NCBI GenBank assembly: GCA_964016885.1
Contig: OZ024740.1
Coordinates: forward strand, 338,520,001 to 338,584,000
Length of the DNA: 64,000 nt
Source: Eledone cirrhosa
Lineage: Eukaryota
Direction: 5' to 3'
This document shows, one piece after another, positions 1 to 15,235 of the stretch. The translations under genes were made by a program, and so were the position numbers. The first letter of the stretch is position 1. Each line of letters starts with the position of its first letter. The notes under the pieces were generated by a model. The model had not been told where the DNA came from and did no database searches. It saw only the letters and a list, made by a program, of their open reading frames with translations.

Positions 1-399
1 TTAAATTGAATTAGTATTGTACATATATTTATAAATATGTAGATATGTATGTGTGTATATTTGCCTGAATGTGTGTGAGTGTTTGTTTGTCTTTATATCT
101 GTATGGATGACATTGTGCACCTTGGCTCCTTTTCAACCACTAAACTCATTTTCATATTGATTTATTGCACTAAACTAAACCCCACCGCAACAAACTCTCA
201 CTTCTCCACCCACATCTCTAGTAATCACCCAAATTTTATTTTGGCAATATTCCCATCTCACTCCTCCCAGGCCATACACACTTCCACACCAAATAAAATA
301 TTGACCACTACCATTCATTCTTAACATTTCTCCTCTTCTAGACCCATCGCATCTACTTCTTCATAGTAAGCAGATTTAGATACTTGAGCTATATATAAA

Positions 400-620
400 G
401 GCACATGACCTAGTGGTTAGGGTGTTGGACTTACGGTCATAATGATGTGGGTGGAGTTCAGGAGCAAAACACTTCATTTCCCTTTGCTCTTGTATACTCA
501 GCGGAAAAATGAGTACCAGTAGTAGCAGGGGGTTTAATACTGTGATGGACTGACATCCTGTCTAATAGTGAGTCTAGTATTCTCAGTGATCATCGAAACT
601 GGGATAAGCACCAGCCTAAT
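400..620 (+). mobile_element. Degenerate tRNA-derived SINE
   Basis: A-box-like 'gacctagtggttagggtgttggac' head; body resembles the copy at 12470-12710(-). Confidence 0.55.
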
Positions 621-626
621 GACGTT

Positions 627-730
627 TTCATGCATAACCAGTGGTTTGGTAGATGTAAATAGGCCATAACTCTTTAGATGTGTTAAATGAGTTAGACATG
701 TTTACATCTATGAAACCACTGGTTATGCAT
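627..730. repeat. About 100-bp imperfect palindrome
   Basis: atgcataaccagtggttt...gaaaccactggttatgcat, with inner tagatgtaaa/tttacatcta and taactc/gagtta. Confidence 0.7.
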
Positions 731-774
731 AAATATATAAAACTGTTAATACAAATATACACACACATATCATC

Positions 775-1030
775 ATTATCATCATCATCATCTTCGTTTA
801 ACGTCCATCTTCCACGCTAGCATGGGTTAGACGAGAGTTGTCCTACTTGAGTCAAGGTTGGTCGGGTGACCGTGTCTCGCTCATATAGGACTATCTGGCA
901 GGTTTTCTACGGCTGGATGCCCTTCCTAACACCAACCACATTTACAGTGCGGAACTGGGAACTTTTTACCGTGTTACCTACACGACCACATTACAGCGTG
1001 GACTGTGTCTTTTCTCGTGACACCTACACG
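775..1030 (-). mobile_element. SINE/RTE-type 3' end with (TGA)n tail (family B)
   Basis: (cat)n tail plus 'ggctggatgcccttcctaacaccaacc', shared with 16825-17262, 25441-25826 and 55865-56090. Confidence 0.7.
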
Positions 1031-1214
1031 ATCTCGATCTCGATCTCATTATCTCATTAATTTGGACTGGATGTTGTGGTACCAACTTTACAGAGAGAGG
1101 GTGGTGTTGGTGGCGGTGGGAGGATGGGGTAGTGGATTGGGGTGTATATTTGGTTAAGAGGTACCTACTGACTAGGTTTCGCTTTGTACATAGGCAAGGC
1201 GGGTCTTCTATATT

Positions 1215-1635
1215 ACTGCGTAGTGCCAAAGATCTTGGTCCAGTGACATTGTGTTAGAGAGGTGTAAGGTCGGAATTTATCAGATCGTCCCAGGTATTTC
1301 TGGGTCTACCTACTCCGTAACTACCATCAATTTTGATCGCCCTGCACTTTTTTATACAGCTGTCGTCTTTCATGCGCATCACGTGGCCATACCAACGTAG
1401 TCTTCTCTCGAGTAACAGCATCTGATCCCTCTTATTCCTAATTTCTCACTTAGTTCATTTATACTTTGCCGTTCACGTATATTACTATTACACATCCAAC
1501 GGAGCATGCATGCTTCGTTCCTTTCCAGGTCATCTGCACGCAATGCCCATGTCTGCAGAGGACCTGCGTAGACTGGAAAGGAACGAAGCATGCATGCTCC
1601 GTTGGATGTGAAATAGTAATATACGTGAATGGCAA
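1215..1635 (-). pseudogene. RTE-clade LINE ORF2 3' fragment with a small internal inversion
   Basis: Translation ERNEACMLRWMC...LSEKLGIRGIRC resembles 26838-27230; 1460-1535 is inverted at 1560-1634. Confidence 0.75.
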
Positions 1636-1654
1636 AGTATAAATGAACTAAGTG

Positions 1655-1687
<33 letters not shown>

Positions 1688-1727
1688 AAAGAATACTTTT
1701 AATCTATACACAACAATATCAATCATA

Positions 1728-1759
<32 letters not shown>

Positions 1760-1951
1760 TATATAATATGTATACCTATATATATGAGCAAATTATTGTC
1801 CGCTGATCTGCCTATCCTCATAATCTGACAGACCATCTAACCGATGAAGCATGGAAAATAGATATTAAATATGATGAAGATGATGATATATACCCACACA
1901 CACATATATATATACATATATGCATACATGCGTAAACACACACACTCATAT

Positions 1952-1988
<37 letters not shown>

Positions 1989-4787
1989 CATACATATATA
2001 TATGCATATACATAAACATATAATGTAAATCAGCATACAATGGAAGAAAACAAAGTTGATCACTGAGTATTGAACTCAAAATGCCAAAGAAGGAAAGGAA
2101 AGTAAATACACAGGACATTTACTCCAATGCTCAACTAAGTCTGCAATATTGATTTGTAATGTTTATTTTCTTCACAAGAATGTGTTAGTCTCATGTTAGA
2201 GTGTTTGATTGAGTATGGTGCAATATGACAGCCACTATATGTTGTATCCAGATTTCTGTATGGTTTGCTTTGATATGTCTGCCAGTTTAAGTAGTGATCA
2301 TAATGGCAGGAAGACAAGATATAACACTGAATGACAAATAGAAAACAACTCTGAAATCAATGCAAGAGCTTTCACATTGTTGCTTGACCTGCTAGACATA
2401 GCAATCTGCGTAATCCCTTTTGTATCACATACTACTGGTTTTTAAAAGAAGCAAAAGTATAAAAAGAGGTTGATTGTCAGATTGGAACAAGGAAGCAATG
2501 GTTTCATTGTTTTTTGTCTGTTGTTAATACTATCTGCCTGTTGCAATGCTTATCAGAAGGACATGGCATTTGAACTCAGAAGTCACAGAGTTGGATCAGA
2601 TACCATATAACATCCCATCCAACTCTTTAACAATTCTGCTGCCAATCCATCATTCTAGATACTTTATTTATCAATCCAAAAGAATGAAATGCAAACTTGA
2701 TTATGGCAGTACTTGAGTGTAGGGAGCTAGAACATGCAACAAAACATTTAATCTAACAACCTAATCACCATTTGTCAGTTTTCATGATGGGTAATTAATT
2801 AGATCAACGAAACTAATTACTCAGAAAATTGACATGTAATTAGCTGAGTATTTCACTGAGACATGTAACTCTTCATATAATTCTGATGCTGAATTAATGC
2901 AATGCAATAATTGACAAGGTTGAACCATTGGATTACAGATATAATCTGACGGGCTTCCACACAGTTTCTGTTAACCAAGTTTTCTCACAAGGCTTGAGTC
3001 ACTTTGATGGTATGGTAAAAGATATATACACAATATACGATGCAGTGAAATCAAATACAAAGAAATCGTTAACCATTCAGCCATGCCAGTTTATGGACAT
3101 TGAGTAATGTACACCAAGATACATTTAGTTTGAAGCAAAATACAACAGTATCAGTCTATTATCATGTTTACTTAAGCAGAATAGACCTGGGATTAAACAA
3201 CAACAGAAGCAGTATTATCAACTGGAGCCAATGTGGAAGGCTCTATGTGATCATTCAACCTGCTAGAAATAGTAGCCAAATCTCTCTCAAACTCTCCTTT
3301 TTCCTAATGAGAAAAAGAACAAAATATATGATAATGTAAACATCAAAAGAATTGAAAGGCCTTCGAAAATATGTCAGCTCAATCAAAGCTGACCTAGGTC
3401 AACAATTCTCTATACATAAATGTAGTTTCCACTGCAAGGCTTACTGAGTAAGTGGCTTCTACTATAGTCTTGGGTTCACCAATCCCTTTGACAGTGAAAT
3501 TTGGAAGAGAGAAATTGTATGAAACTTAATCATATATACGTGAATATGCATATATCCACATGTCTGTATTTATGTTGCTCTTTATTCATCATATTATATC
3601 ATCATCATCATCGCCCATTAACGTCTATTTTCCATGTTTGAATGGGTTTCACAGGGGCTGAGAAACTTTTCAGTCTGAAAAACCACTATTCAGCTAAAAA
3701 ATTAATAATTAAACTTGGAGCTGAATAATTTATTATAAACAAAAATACATAGAAAAGGTACAAATTTGGCTCGCATTTTTCTTCAATGTGTTTTGTTTTA
3801 AATCTTATCAGAAATTGGTTTAATGTCTGTAATAAAAAAAAAAAAAAAAAATCTCAGAGCATCTCAGAGCTACTTGATATAGACTAAAGTAACAGGTTGC
3901 TAACCGCTGACATAGAAGTTCTCTCCTTGGCTGAAGTGAGATTCCTAGTTTCATATATATGTAATATGTAGCACTATTGTTCTTGCATAGAAGTTCTCTC
4001 TTTGGTTCAAGCAAGATTTCCAATTTCATATCGATGCACAACTATTGTTGTTACATTTGCAGTGACAGTTCTAAAGCTTCTTTACTTTTGTTTAACACTT
4101 TTGTTATATTTCTGATGAAATATTCTGCATATGTGTTTTAATAAATTTGGAAATAATTCAAACTTTTGGTGTAATTTAATAAAATAACTAACGTTTCATT
4201 AGTATAGTGATATTTTGGATATTACTTAACAAAAATTTCTTAAATAAAATTATAATGGAAAGGTCTTAAAAATATAAGTATAAACATTTAAAAATAGACC
4301 GTTTTCTATCATAAAACCAGGGGCAGTTTCTGGCTGGTTGTTTCAGATACATTCTGTGTTCAAGACTTGTCATGGTCAACTTTGTCTAATATCTTTTTAT
4401 GGCAGGGGCCAGCAACAGTTGGACCTCAAATTTTTATATGTAAGACGTAATATGCATGTGGACTATAGGCAGAACTTTAAAAAGAAAGATCAAATGTTGG
4501 CCATTACAAAAAGAAATTGCCGATCCCTGCTATAGGGTTGATCAAATAAAATAGCAGGCAAGTTGATTTCTATTCCTATAATGTCTTAGATGTGAATAAA
4601 TTTACAATACAAGACCAAGAAGTCATCTATTTTTCGATACAATCCACACATTTTTGCACACGTTACATTAAACTTATCGATAAATTTTTGGCCCTTTTAC
4701 AATATATGCATTACACAACACCCACACACTGTGTATCAGAAGTCAATCCATGTTTTATAGAATATATATAATATTTATAAATATATA

Positions 4788-4833
<46 letters not shown>

Positions 4834-7800
4834 ATATATATATATATATACAATTTGTCATTAAACTCAGAACTGAAGTATAAACAACAACAATAATAAC
4901 CCTGAAAAAAAAATTCTCAAAGGAATAAAAAAAAACCCAATAAAGTAATATCGTAATAATTTTCTGAATCTCATCAATTTTATCTCTGGCTATGTTGAGG
5001 AGGAGATTTTTCCAGATAATGGGATTACGAAGAATAATCATAGTCTCAACTATTAGGTAAATTCATTTCTTTAATATTACATGCATGAAAGGGTACCATT
5101 GAAAGTCTCCAATGATTGCTAAAATGATCAATAAACCTAAAAAGAAAAAAATTACCAATCACTAATCAATACTTGCAACCATATTGTGTTTGTGTTTCTC
5201 AATCTATTTCCCTCCATTTCTTTGCCAATGGCAAAATTTCCAAATTTTCTCCAGAATATTCTTCGACATGTTCTCATTTTCTCTCTCACTTTCTCTTTCT
5301 TTTTTTGTTTGTTTGTTATTCTATCCATATTCAGTTTTGTTGGTTATTTACTCATGAGCAAGGTCTGTGACCGAATCAATGAAAATCTGCAAATATATGT
5401 GTACAGTAGCTGTTTAAAAATATAAGTGTACAGTAGGAAAGGAAAAGGAAGGACCCTTAACTCCTAATAGAATTATAAGGGTGCTGTCCTGACATATAGC
5501 CAATTTCTTCCAGAGAGGAGGGTAGAAAAGAATTAGTCACAGTACTAAACTGGTACCCTATTTATTGTCTTTGAAAGGATGAAAAGCAAAGTTGACTGCA
5601 GTGGGAGTTGAACTCAGAGTACGGTGAATCAGAACAAATACTGAAACCCTAATGACTGCCACTTTGCTGGCTTAAGGTGTATAGTAGTTACTTACCTGGA
5701 AATATCTATAAAGTGACTAAAAATAAAGATACAGGCATTTATTTCATTTATTTTTACTGTTTAGCCAGCAAGGGAAGGGTCATGTTCCCTTGATTCCAAT
5801 TCAAGGCTTCTGAGACTGGTGAAAAGGAGGATGGAAGATATACTCAAACTAAAGACCTCGCCCTAATATTTGCAACAGAGTTGACTTCACTAAAGTCACC
5901 ACACAGTGGGATTTGACCTTAAAACACAAAGTCAGAACTGATGCCACAAAGAATCTCTAAAATACTCTAAAAATTCCATAAATCTGATATTTTATTTTAT
6001 CAATCCCTAAAGTATCTAGTAGCTTAAAATATACAGATATAGTATATTTATTATTTACAAACATACAGGTATATTGTGAATATTGCATCTCTGCTGAAAC
6101 CTGAGGTGAATGTTCCAGGTAGTTAGAAGAAATTCCTGCTCATGAAATTAACATGCAATCCACTGAGCATTTCACAGATGCATGCACTTTTGATGTAGTT
6201 CTCAGGGAGAATTAGTATGACATAGATATAGTAGCTGTTTATATACATTTGGATACAGTGACTGAATATATGATAATATAAGGGTGCAGTTGTTGTCTGC
6301 TAATAATATTGTGATGTAGGAATTAATCTTGTTGAATGATTATTATAGGAAATTGCCAGACTACATGTTGTCATGTATTTAGTTCTGTCCTCTCAGGAAT
6401 CGCAATTCAAATTTCAGTAGGATTGACTTTGCTATTTATCCACATTGCATTGAAATTCACTCCCAGCAACTCGAACATGTCTATAAATTTCTAAGGTAAC
6501 CCAATTTCTATTGAGACTCCTTACTGCCATATTTTACAATTTCTAGATGCAGGCATATAGCCGAGAAGTTAAGAAGCTCACTTTGCAATCATGGTGTCCC
6601 AGGTTTGATACAATTGTAAACATTATGAGCAAATGTCTTTAATATAGCATTGAGCTGCCTCAAGCTTTGTGAGTGTAATTTGGTTGACAGAAACTGTTTG
6701 GAGGCTCTTCAGGTGGATTATGCCCATAATTCAAAGATCCAGTCATATCACATATTGAGTCATGCTGATTTGACATGAGAAATACATTAAGGTTATACAT
6801 GACTGTGGAATATTCAACCAGTTACTCATGAGTTGGCTCTCCAGTTATTGGAATGACTGAATGCTCCTTGTCAAAACTGATGGAGGATCCATCATTTTAC
6901 AAACCACCCCATCCCATTCTTACCTAGACCTTTCTTTCTCCACAACCACTCATACAAAAACCCTTCATCACCTTTCCGCAATTCATATATTTCTGTTGTC
7001 ATTGTAGTTGATATTTTGACTTTGAGATCAAGTCTCTCAAACATGTTGTGTTGCTAAGTCTAATCTATCAACAACACTCTCTATCTGTCTCACATCCACT
7101 CACTTATCAATCACATTCACTTTCCCCTTACTTAGCCCCTTGCTATACAACTGTTCCGCTATACTATCATTGCAAATTCTTATATCAGCCAGATCCCACT
7201 ACTCCCCAAACCCATCTTCCTCTAACCTTTATCCTTCCCCTTTAGACGTGTAAAACTTCTGAACATCAGCATCTTTGTCCTGAGCCACACTCAACAGTAT
7301 ATCTTTATATTCTTCTCCACTGATGCAGTACCCTTCATCTTCAGTATCATAACTATATGTGATCCCAAATTGACTGTCCAAGAGAAAAGTGATAGTGTTA
7401 AATGGAGTGACAGATTAAGTTTACCACCCAAATGGGTCATGATTTAAACTTAGAACAAACAGATCCAGAACAAATACTAGAAGAACCCCTAGTCCAATGT
7501 TCTAATGATTTTGTCAGTCCACCACATATGAGTGGTGCTTTATTACCAACCTTGAATGGATGTAAGGCAAAGTTGACCCTTATGAAACTTGAACTTAGAA
7601 AACAAGTTGCTGAAATAATTACCAAGATGCTAGTGATTCTTCCAATTCACTACCTATATACAGATGAAAAAATGTTTATGTGTGGAGTTTATGTTCTATG
7701 CTAAGGCTATTATTATGAGGCAAGCTTAGAAATACTTCTGTAAGAAAAGTTCTTTGCATGACATAGACCATTACTGAGGTAATAAGAAGTTTATTTGTGG

Positions 7801-10559
7801 TTTATTGTGATTTATTATGGAGGTAAGTAATTTCTTTGTATCTTTTTAGTGCAGCTTTTATCACTGATTTGGGGAAAGTGTTTTGTTGGTGGAGTCATAA
7901 GTATGTTACTTGGAATTGCTATTGAGAAGTTTAGCATAATGTGTCTGTTGTTGGAACTGCTGGTGATGTAATTTATTTTGTATAGTATTTTACAGCTTTC
8001 ATGGTTTATGTTGGATATGTAATGTTATGTTTGCCAGTTTCCTGCTTTGTCTTGATTTATTTTCTTATTATTTCCTTCTTTCATTGTTTCATGTTGAGTT
8101 TTGTTTGAGGTTGACTACTTTGGTTTTATAGTTAGGGGTTTTAATTTTTATGTATCTACAATTATATTTGTTTAATGCAGTGCCATTGAGATTACACAGG
8201 GTGTTGATTGAATTTTGGGACCCAAACCTGACATTTGTATAAGAAATGGAAATACATAAAATCAACGATAAAAAATACACCATATATGTGTGTGTATATA
8301 TATATATATATATATGTCTGAAACTTTTTAAAATCTACACACTCAAACATACAATGTATATATCATGTTGCTACAATAAGAATTTCATTTTCTCATCACA
8401 AGTTGAAGGGCTTTAACCCCACATTTGTTCTTGTAAATAATTATCGCACCAAGGTTTCTCATACATTTAATCCTGTATGTATTTTGTACATATAAGCTGA
8501 ACACTTATATAATTATATTCTAAAAGTAAATTATTAAAATATCATTATTATATTTAATTCCTTTCATGTGTCAGCAATCAACAGCAACTAAAGGGTGTCT
8601 CTTATACAAACTGTAAATTTAATAAGGTTTTCCAGTTTGTATGATTGTTTATATATCCAGTAATCCTGATGTATATGTCAATCCTAGACTCCAAAACCTT
8701 TAATATGCTCAACACCATTACCATCATTATTGATTGCATGGATCCATGACTACATAAAATAATACAATAAAATACATTTTGCTCATCCAGGTTTTTGATT
8801 TATATATAATTAGTTTGTATTGTCTATTTTTTATATCATGTTTACTGATTTATTTATTTACTTATATTTATTTTCGTACATGCCTCATACGGATTCTATG
8901 TAGGGTTTGATAATCTAAAAGCTTTGGGGTTTCCTGATTTAATGTAAGAACGTCATGGTTTACATCTTTGACTGTGATGTTGAATTGAATAAACATTGAT
9001 TGTTTCCTGGTGGAAATGATTTATTTCCTTAAGCTTGAGAAAGTCGTTTTGTTTTATTTGTTGATGTGGATTGTACTCAGAACCAGCACCTAGTTATTTA
9101 GTGCTCTCTGCTAGTTCCACAATTTGTACTTTCTTCTCCCAGTCATGCATCCCATTCTCCCAGTATTGCTGTAGTAGTGAGTAAATGAAGATCCTCTATC
9201 GCTTTAAACAATGGGCATTCAGTTCTTCGATCAACTGAATATCTGACTTATGAATTAACATGTAAGTGGTTGAGTATTCAACAAACATGCATAACACTTA
9301 ACAAAATTCTCTGTTAGAATTTGTGTGGTCCAATATGTAACAAGACTGGACTGCTGAATTAGAAGAACAATCCATCTGATGGGCTTTTGCACAGTTTCTA
9401 TCCACCCAATTTCTCTCACACCTTTTGAAGCAAGGCTCTTTTAAAGACACTTGCTCAAGATGCCACACAATAGGATCAAACCTGAGATCATATAAATGAG
9501 AAGTGAATTTCTTAATCACTCAACTATACCTCTGTTCACAGTGATTAGATAATCATCAAGTAAATGAACATGTTGAGGTCTATGCTTTGCTTATGAGTTC
9601 AGAATAAAACCTAAGCATGCCTGAGTTGTCTCCTGTACTTGCTAGGAAAATTATATTTGTATTTAGTTATTGATTAATATTGTATGTTTTTCCTCCTACT
9701 CCATAATTGATTCCTGCATCAAATATGTTAATAATAACTTAGCTATTGTTTTTAATGCAGATAAAGTCTCAGAATCATTTAAGCTTGAAACAATTCTATT
9801 TCCTGTGCCAGCCAATGTACAATCTTGTACATTTATAGCCATTCCCTGGAGCATAATTTAAAAGCCATTATCACTTTACTGTAGTCTAAGTATTGGACAT
9901 TAAATGAGAAAGCATTCTGAATTTCTTACGTGAGAATTTTCTTCAACTCATTTTACTTTGTTCATTAAATTTCTGATATTTAATATGGGGAATGCTTTAC
10001 AAGAAGTTTATTAGCTAGTGTTATTTAAAACACCATCTGTTTCCTCTCATTATTTATTATAAGACTTTTTTTCTTGTCTTTCTATATCTTAAAATGTTTG
10101 GTTAAATGTGTGCCATAACTTCTCATCAATCATCTACACAGACTGGCTGGTCTAATTTCTGAAGATAAATTAGTTTCAAGATTTTACCCATTTTACTATA
10201 TATTTACCCCTACCAACTACAGGAGTAGTGAAAAGATTTTCTACATAGTAATAATATATCACCCTTCACATCAAAACAAAATTATTTTTACAATCTACCA
10301 GCATTAATATCCTCATCATCACATTGACATTTAACATGATGTTCAGAAAGACCTTATCACAAGCACTGAACAAAACATTGTTGGAGCCCACACACTATTT
10401 TTATTTCACTTTCTTTTTATGGTGTTTAGCTACCATAGAAGGGACAATCTCAATGTCAAAAGAAGCTATAGCAATAATATTTTCTACAGTTCTAATTAAT
10501 ACTTATTAATGTCTGAAAAATATACTAGAGAAATTTATTGATTTGATTAATACTGTATG

Positions 10560-11265
10560 AGAGACAAACCTATGACTATTTTTTGAATTCCATATGTCTA
10601 ACACCCATGGACATGCTTACAAAATCAGAAAACAGCACAACTTTTGGAAACATATTTTCACACTTGCTGAAGCATGGAACAAACTACCTGGATCAGTTGT
10701 TAGCTGTCAAGACACTGTATCCTTCAAAACAGCTATGCTTCCCCAAATCCACCAACACTACACCTCATATTCTCCCTCCATACACATGCATGCATGTGTG
10801 TGTATATATATATCATGACTCATACATTGTTCATTTTCCTGACATTTGTACATTATTCTACAGTGTGGTCTGAAAGTCGTGTCACCCCTTGTCACATATT
10901 GTTTTAATTTTCATTATTTTTTGTTTTAATAACACAATATATAATAATAACAATATAATTTTCTATTTCAGAGCTCCTACAGTTTGGAAGAGAGGCTGCT
11001 TGCAAGTGTATGGACACATGATCGTGTGCATTCTGGCAAGAACATGGAGGATGTGCGACATGACTTCACTACAAGATTCGGCAAACCAATTCCTCCGAAG
11101 AGGACGATACTGCAATGGGAACATGAACTGTTTCTCATTACTTTTTGGTAGGGGGTGACAAGACTTTCAGACCACTCTGTATGTACTATACATGCACCTT
11201 TGATGAGTTGTAGTGCATCTGAGCACTGTACACAATAATTTTCATTATTTTTATTATTATTTTAT
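10560..11265 (+). mobile_element. CR1-type LINE 3' end, interrupted by a mariner-type element
   Basis: THGHAYKIRKQH...IFTL-AEAWNKLPGSVVS...SFK matches the CR1 ORF2 C-terminal pattern; 3' UTR resumes after 11181 and ends in (att)n. Confidence 0.75.
10861..11179 (+). mobile_element. Internally deleted Tc1/mariner element
   Basis: TA TSD; about 28-bp TIRs (cagtgtggtctgaaagtcgtgtcacccc / ggggtgacaagactttcagaccactctg); internal frame SYSLEERLLASVWTHDR...DFTTRFGKPIPPKRTILQWE resembles a transposase N-terminal HTH. Confidence 0.85.
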
Positions 11266-12469
11266 TTGATACCAGCAGGTAAAAGTTTTATGAAACATAT
11301 ATAATGTTTCTCTGTACTAAATGCTGGTACTTGAAAATTTATAAGTAACTTATAAGTTTATTCATGTTCCAAATCATGACTGTTTGAAGGAAAAACTGGA
11401 AATCCTGGAGCAGGATTGAAAAAGTATTAAGTGTGCAATTGGCAGATTGCTTGGTGGTGGTATAATCAAAGACAAATTGTTGACTGGAGATAGAATGAGA
11501 GTAGGAAAGGTTACAGAGATGGAGTATAAGTAGTTAATGTTAAGAAGACTACATGTTGAAGACTTCATTCAGCTTTAGATTGACTTCAGCTGAATGGCAA
11601 TTTCTAGTAGGTTGAATGACAATGTGTCCCTAACTTTTCAAGATGGTAGGTATAATTTGAGTGGGAATTTGGCTGCTATTTCTAACAACATAATTGATTA
11701 TAACCTAGAAGCAACGCTGCTTTGATGATGAAATCTTGTGTTTCTATGACAATATGAATGACTCAGTACTTATTTTCCTGACCCCAGAGGAAATATTTAG
11801 TTTCATACAAGGATTTGAACTGAGGCCAGTTCATAAATTCTGTAGAATATCCCGATATCACTGTTCTATAGAACCTGTCGCCTAGCTCTTGTTGAATCAG
11901 ACCTATGACTCAAAAGGCATTCCAGTCATGTCCATCCCATCTTTTCCTTAAATAGAGTGCACATAGGACTACATTATTTAATGTTTACTTTTTTAAGACA
12001 GAAAGCTGTTATTTCAAGTAGATTTGGCTATTAGTTCTAACAGATCTTTTGATCAGTTAAAGATGCCGTTGCTGACTTCAGTAGATCACAGAGCTAAAAA
12101 TCTTATGAGTAGATCACAGATAGGAATATATTGTCAATCTTGCTTGAGACAGTTGTAATGATTTATTACAAGGAAATAATGGTTGAGTGATATGATGAGC
12201 TGGTCATATATTTGTTGACAACATTAGCAATATAAGGGAAGAGAAATGGCAAATATAAGAAATCACAACAGCATCATATGATCGACTCAGCAAAAACATG
12301 CCATATCAACTTAAACAAAGTTTAAGTCATTCTCAAACATACTGGCTATTTAGACCAGTGCTTATCAAGCTATTTGCACCACATTGGCTTCTGTTAATCT
12401 GAAATCACTGTTGTATTAAACCCAGGGGTAGTCTTAGACTAAGTTTAAAGTCTCTTGCAAGCCAGGAGG

Positions 12470-12710
12470 CTCATCAGGCCAGTGCTTATCTCAGTTTCAT
12501 GGCATGAAGAGACTGAGAGTACAAGACTTCCCAACTGGACATGATGCCAGTCTATCACAGGTTTAAACCCTCAGCTGTTGCTGGTACTCATTTTCAGCTG
12601 AGTGTAGTGGAGCAACGTGAAATGAAGTGCTTTGCTCAAGAACACAACACACAACCCAGCCCAGGAATCGAACCCACAGCATTATGATCGTAAGTCCAAC
12701 ACCCTGGGGT
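12470..12710 (-). mobile_element. tRNA-derived SINE
   Basis: B-box (rc gggttcgattcc) and 'cttgagcaaagcacttcatttcacgttgctcc' body. Confidence 0.7.
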
Positions 12711-13864
12711 AGCCTGAGGCTGATTTAAAATTATCCCTGCACTATTCATATTAACACCTTCCTCTCTGATTTAGTTAAAATGATAAATTGTAAAACAACT
12801 CATACATTTATTGTATAAAACACATGAAGCATACCAGTTTGAGAACTAATCTCAAAATATGAAAAAATATTAAAATATAGCGAAAATGTTGGTTATTTAA
12901 CCCCCTCTAATATTTTATCATGATTTTTTTTTTGTAAACCATTGGATTTGTTATGCTTTGAACTATAAGGATTCAGAATTTACAAAACGAAAATTATTTA
13001 GAATAAGATTTGCAACAGTAGTAATTCTATTTCATATATAAAAACATTTTGTTTACATTTGAATTACATAGATATATTTCCTTCACATTTAAACTTGTAT
13101 AAATATATATTTTGCTCACATTTGAAAGTATTGATTTGTTCCACTTTTTTGAAAATTGAAAAGGTTTTTTTTGAGGGGGTTTCAATTTATTTAAGATAAA
13201 AATGTAATTATAATCATAAGTGAAATATATCTATGCTTTTAAGGATAGAACTAGAAATGTTTTCTTTACACAGATGTTTTAGTCAGCGATCAAAATTATT
13301 TGATTAAACCTGTATTTAATGCACAACAATACATGAGAAAATTCACAGACAATAAACTTTCAGAAACAACAACAGCAAAAACAATAATAATGGTTATCAA
13401 ATTTAGACACAAGGTCAGCAATACTGGAGACAATACAAAGATGAAAAACAATGCAGTAATCATTATAATAAATGGGAAAATTAGGGAATGACTTGAGAAG
13501 ATAATATAGAAATCATATGGGATAATATGAGATTACTCTCAAGCTATACACAGATAATTTGATATCGATTTACTTTTATTTGCTGTTAATCTGAATGCAA
13601 TTGCAAATTGCAGGCAGGTAAGGTGAATCAGTGGGGGAGGGGGAGAGCAATCTGAAATCACTACACCATTTTCGTTGGTGTTAAGCAAGTGAGACCACAA
13701 AATTCCTCCCAGGATGGAATGCTAAGCTGTCACAATGTTAACTCCCAGTTAATGTTGTTAGTGCCCATTTCACCTGATTGAACTAGAGTAAGAGGAAATG
13801 AAGTGCATTGTTCAAGAACATGACATGCTGCTCAGTCTGAGATTCAAACCAATAACCTTATAAT

Positions 13865-14055
13865 AATTGTTTCTACTTTTGGTACAATGCCAGCAATTAT
13901 CCCAGTGCATTGCTTGTACTTTATTTTATCAACCCTGTAAGGATGAAAGGCAAAGTTAACCTCAGTGGGATTTGAGCTCAGACATTAAAGGGCTGTAACT
14001 CTTTGCTGCAAAGCATGGCATCTAACCCTCTACCAATACTGCCAATCCACCACCG
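13865..14055 (-). mobile_element. tRNA-derived SINE family A
   Basis: 'aaggatgaaaggcaaagttaacctc..gggatttga.ctcaga' shared by more than 10 copies in the window. Confidence 0.8.
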
Positions 14056-14697
14056 TATAATAATGAACTCAAATCCCTAATCAGTAGGCCATATTCCTTA
14101 ACCAACTTAAACAAAATTAACTAGAACGGTTTCTTGGAGTTCTTAACAAAATAGCACTTAGTCTTTCGTTTGCTACAAACATTTGATTGAGGCTTCAGAA
14201 ACAAACTGCGTAGAATGATATTCCAAGAGACTGTTGCAAAGAATACATCACTTTACTCTAAAGATTATTTTAGAGTAGAGAGGATCAATACATCATTATT
14301 TAAAAATAGCTATTTCAATCAAACAGATTTCTTGTTGAGTACCATCTCTGCTGAAGAGGATCTCATAACAACCAACTCAAAATCAAACAGCATTCACGGC
14401 CGACCATATCATTATTGATATAATGTGAAACATTAAGATGGTGTGGAAGGTTTGTGACAAATCATGAATACTCTATAGATCATCAACCACCACTGCAGAA
14501 TATTAACAAGCATTATAGAATATCATCTACATTACAGACAGAATGTTAACATATACATATATGCAGGCATAGCTCTATATATGTTTAAGAAGACTGCTTC
14601 ATAATTATATGGTTGCAGATTCAATCCCACAGTATGGGACCTTGGCCAAATGTTTTCTACTATAGCCTTTGGTTGACCAAAACATTGTGTGCATGTG

Positions 14698-14768
<71 letters not shown>

Positions 14769-14821
14769 CTATATATATGTATATATAATCATCATCATCA
14801 TTTACGTTTTAACATCCACTT

Positions 14822-15235
14822 TAACAAGGTGTGCATATGGTCCCACGCACGAACTATACGGTCGTTATATTGACGACTGTATCGGTGCCACAACTCTCAC
14901 CCGGGTACAGCTCAACTCCTTTCTCTCTTTCCTCTGCTCCTTTCATCCCTCCCTCCACTTCACCACCTCCATCTTCACCATCTCCATTCACTTCTTGGAC
15001 ATCTCCGTCGCCATCAACCACTCCCATCATTCACTCACCACCTTCACTTTCTTCAAACCTACTGATTCCCACTCCCACCTCAACTTTACCTCCTCCCACC
15101 CCACTCACTCCAAACACTCCATTCCCTACTCCCAAATTCTCTGGATCCACTGCCTTTGCAGCTGAGATGCGGACTTTGAAACCCAGGCCCTTTCTCTGGT
15201 CCGTCCTTTCACCCAGAGGGGTTTGAAATCTCCAC
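14822..15235 (+). pseudogene. PLE reverse transcriptase fragment (motif 5 to thumb)
   Basis: YGRYIDDCIG...FHPSLHFT...FLDI...KPTDSHSHLNFTSSHP...SIPYSQ is the typical PLE RT/thumb pattern. Confidence 0.85.

Noticed and set aside
4105-4165. Possible HHR (CTGATGA...GAAA taat TC)
   Set aside because: Stems are short and AT-only; compatible with chance
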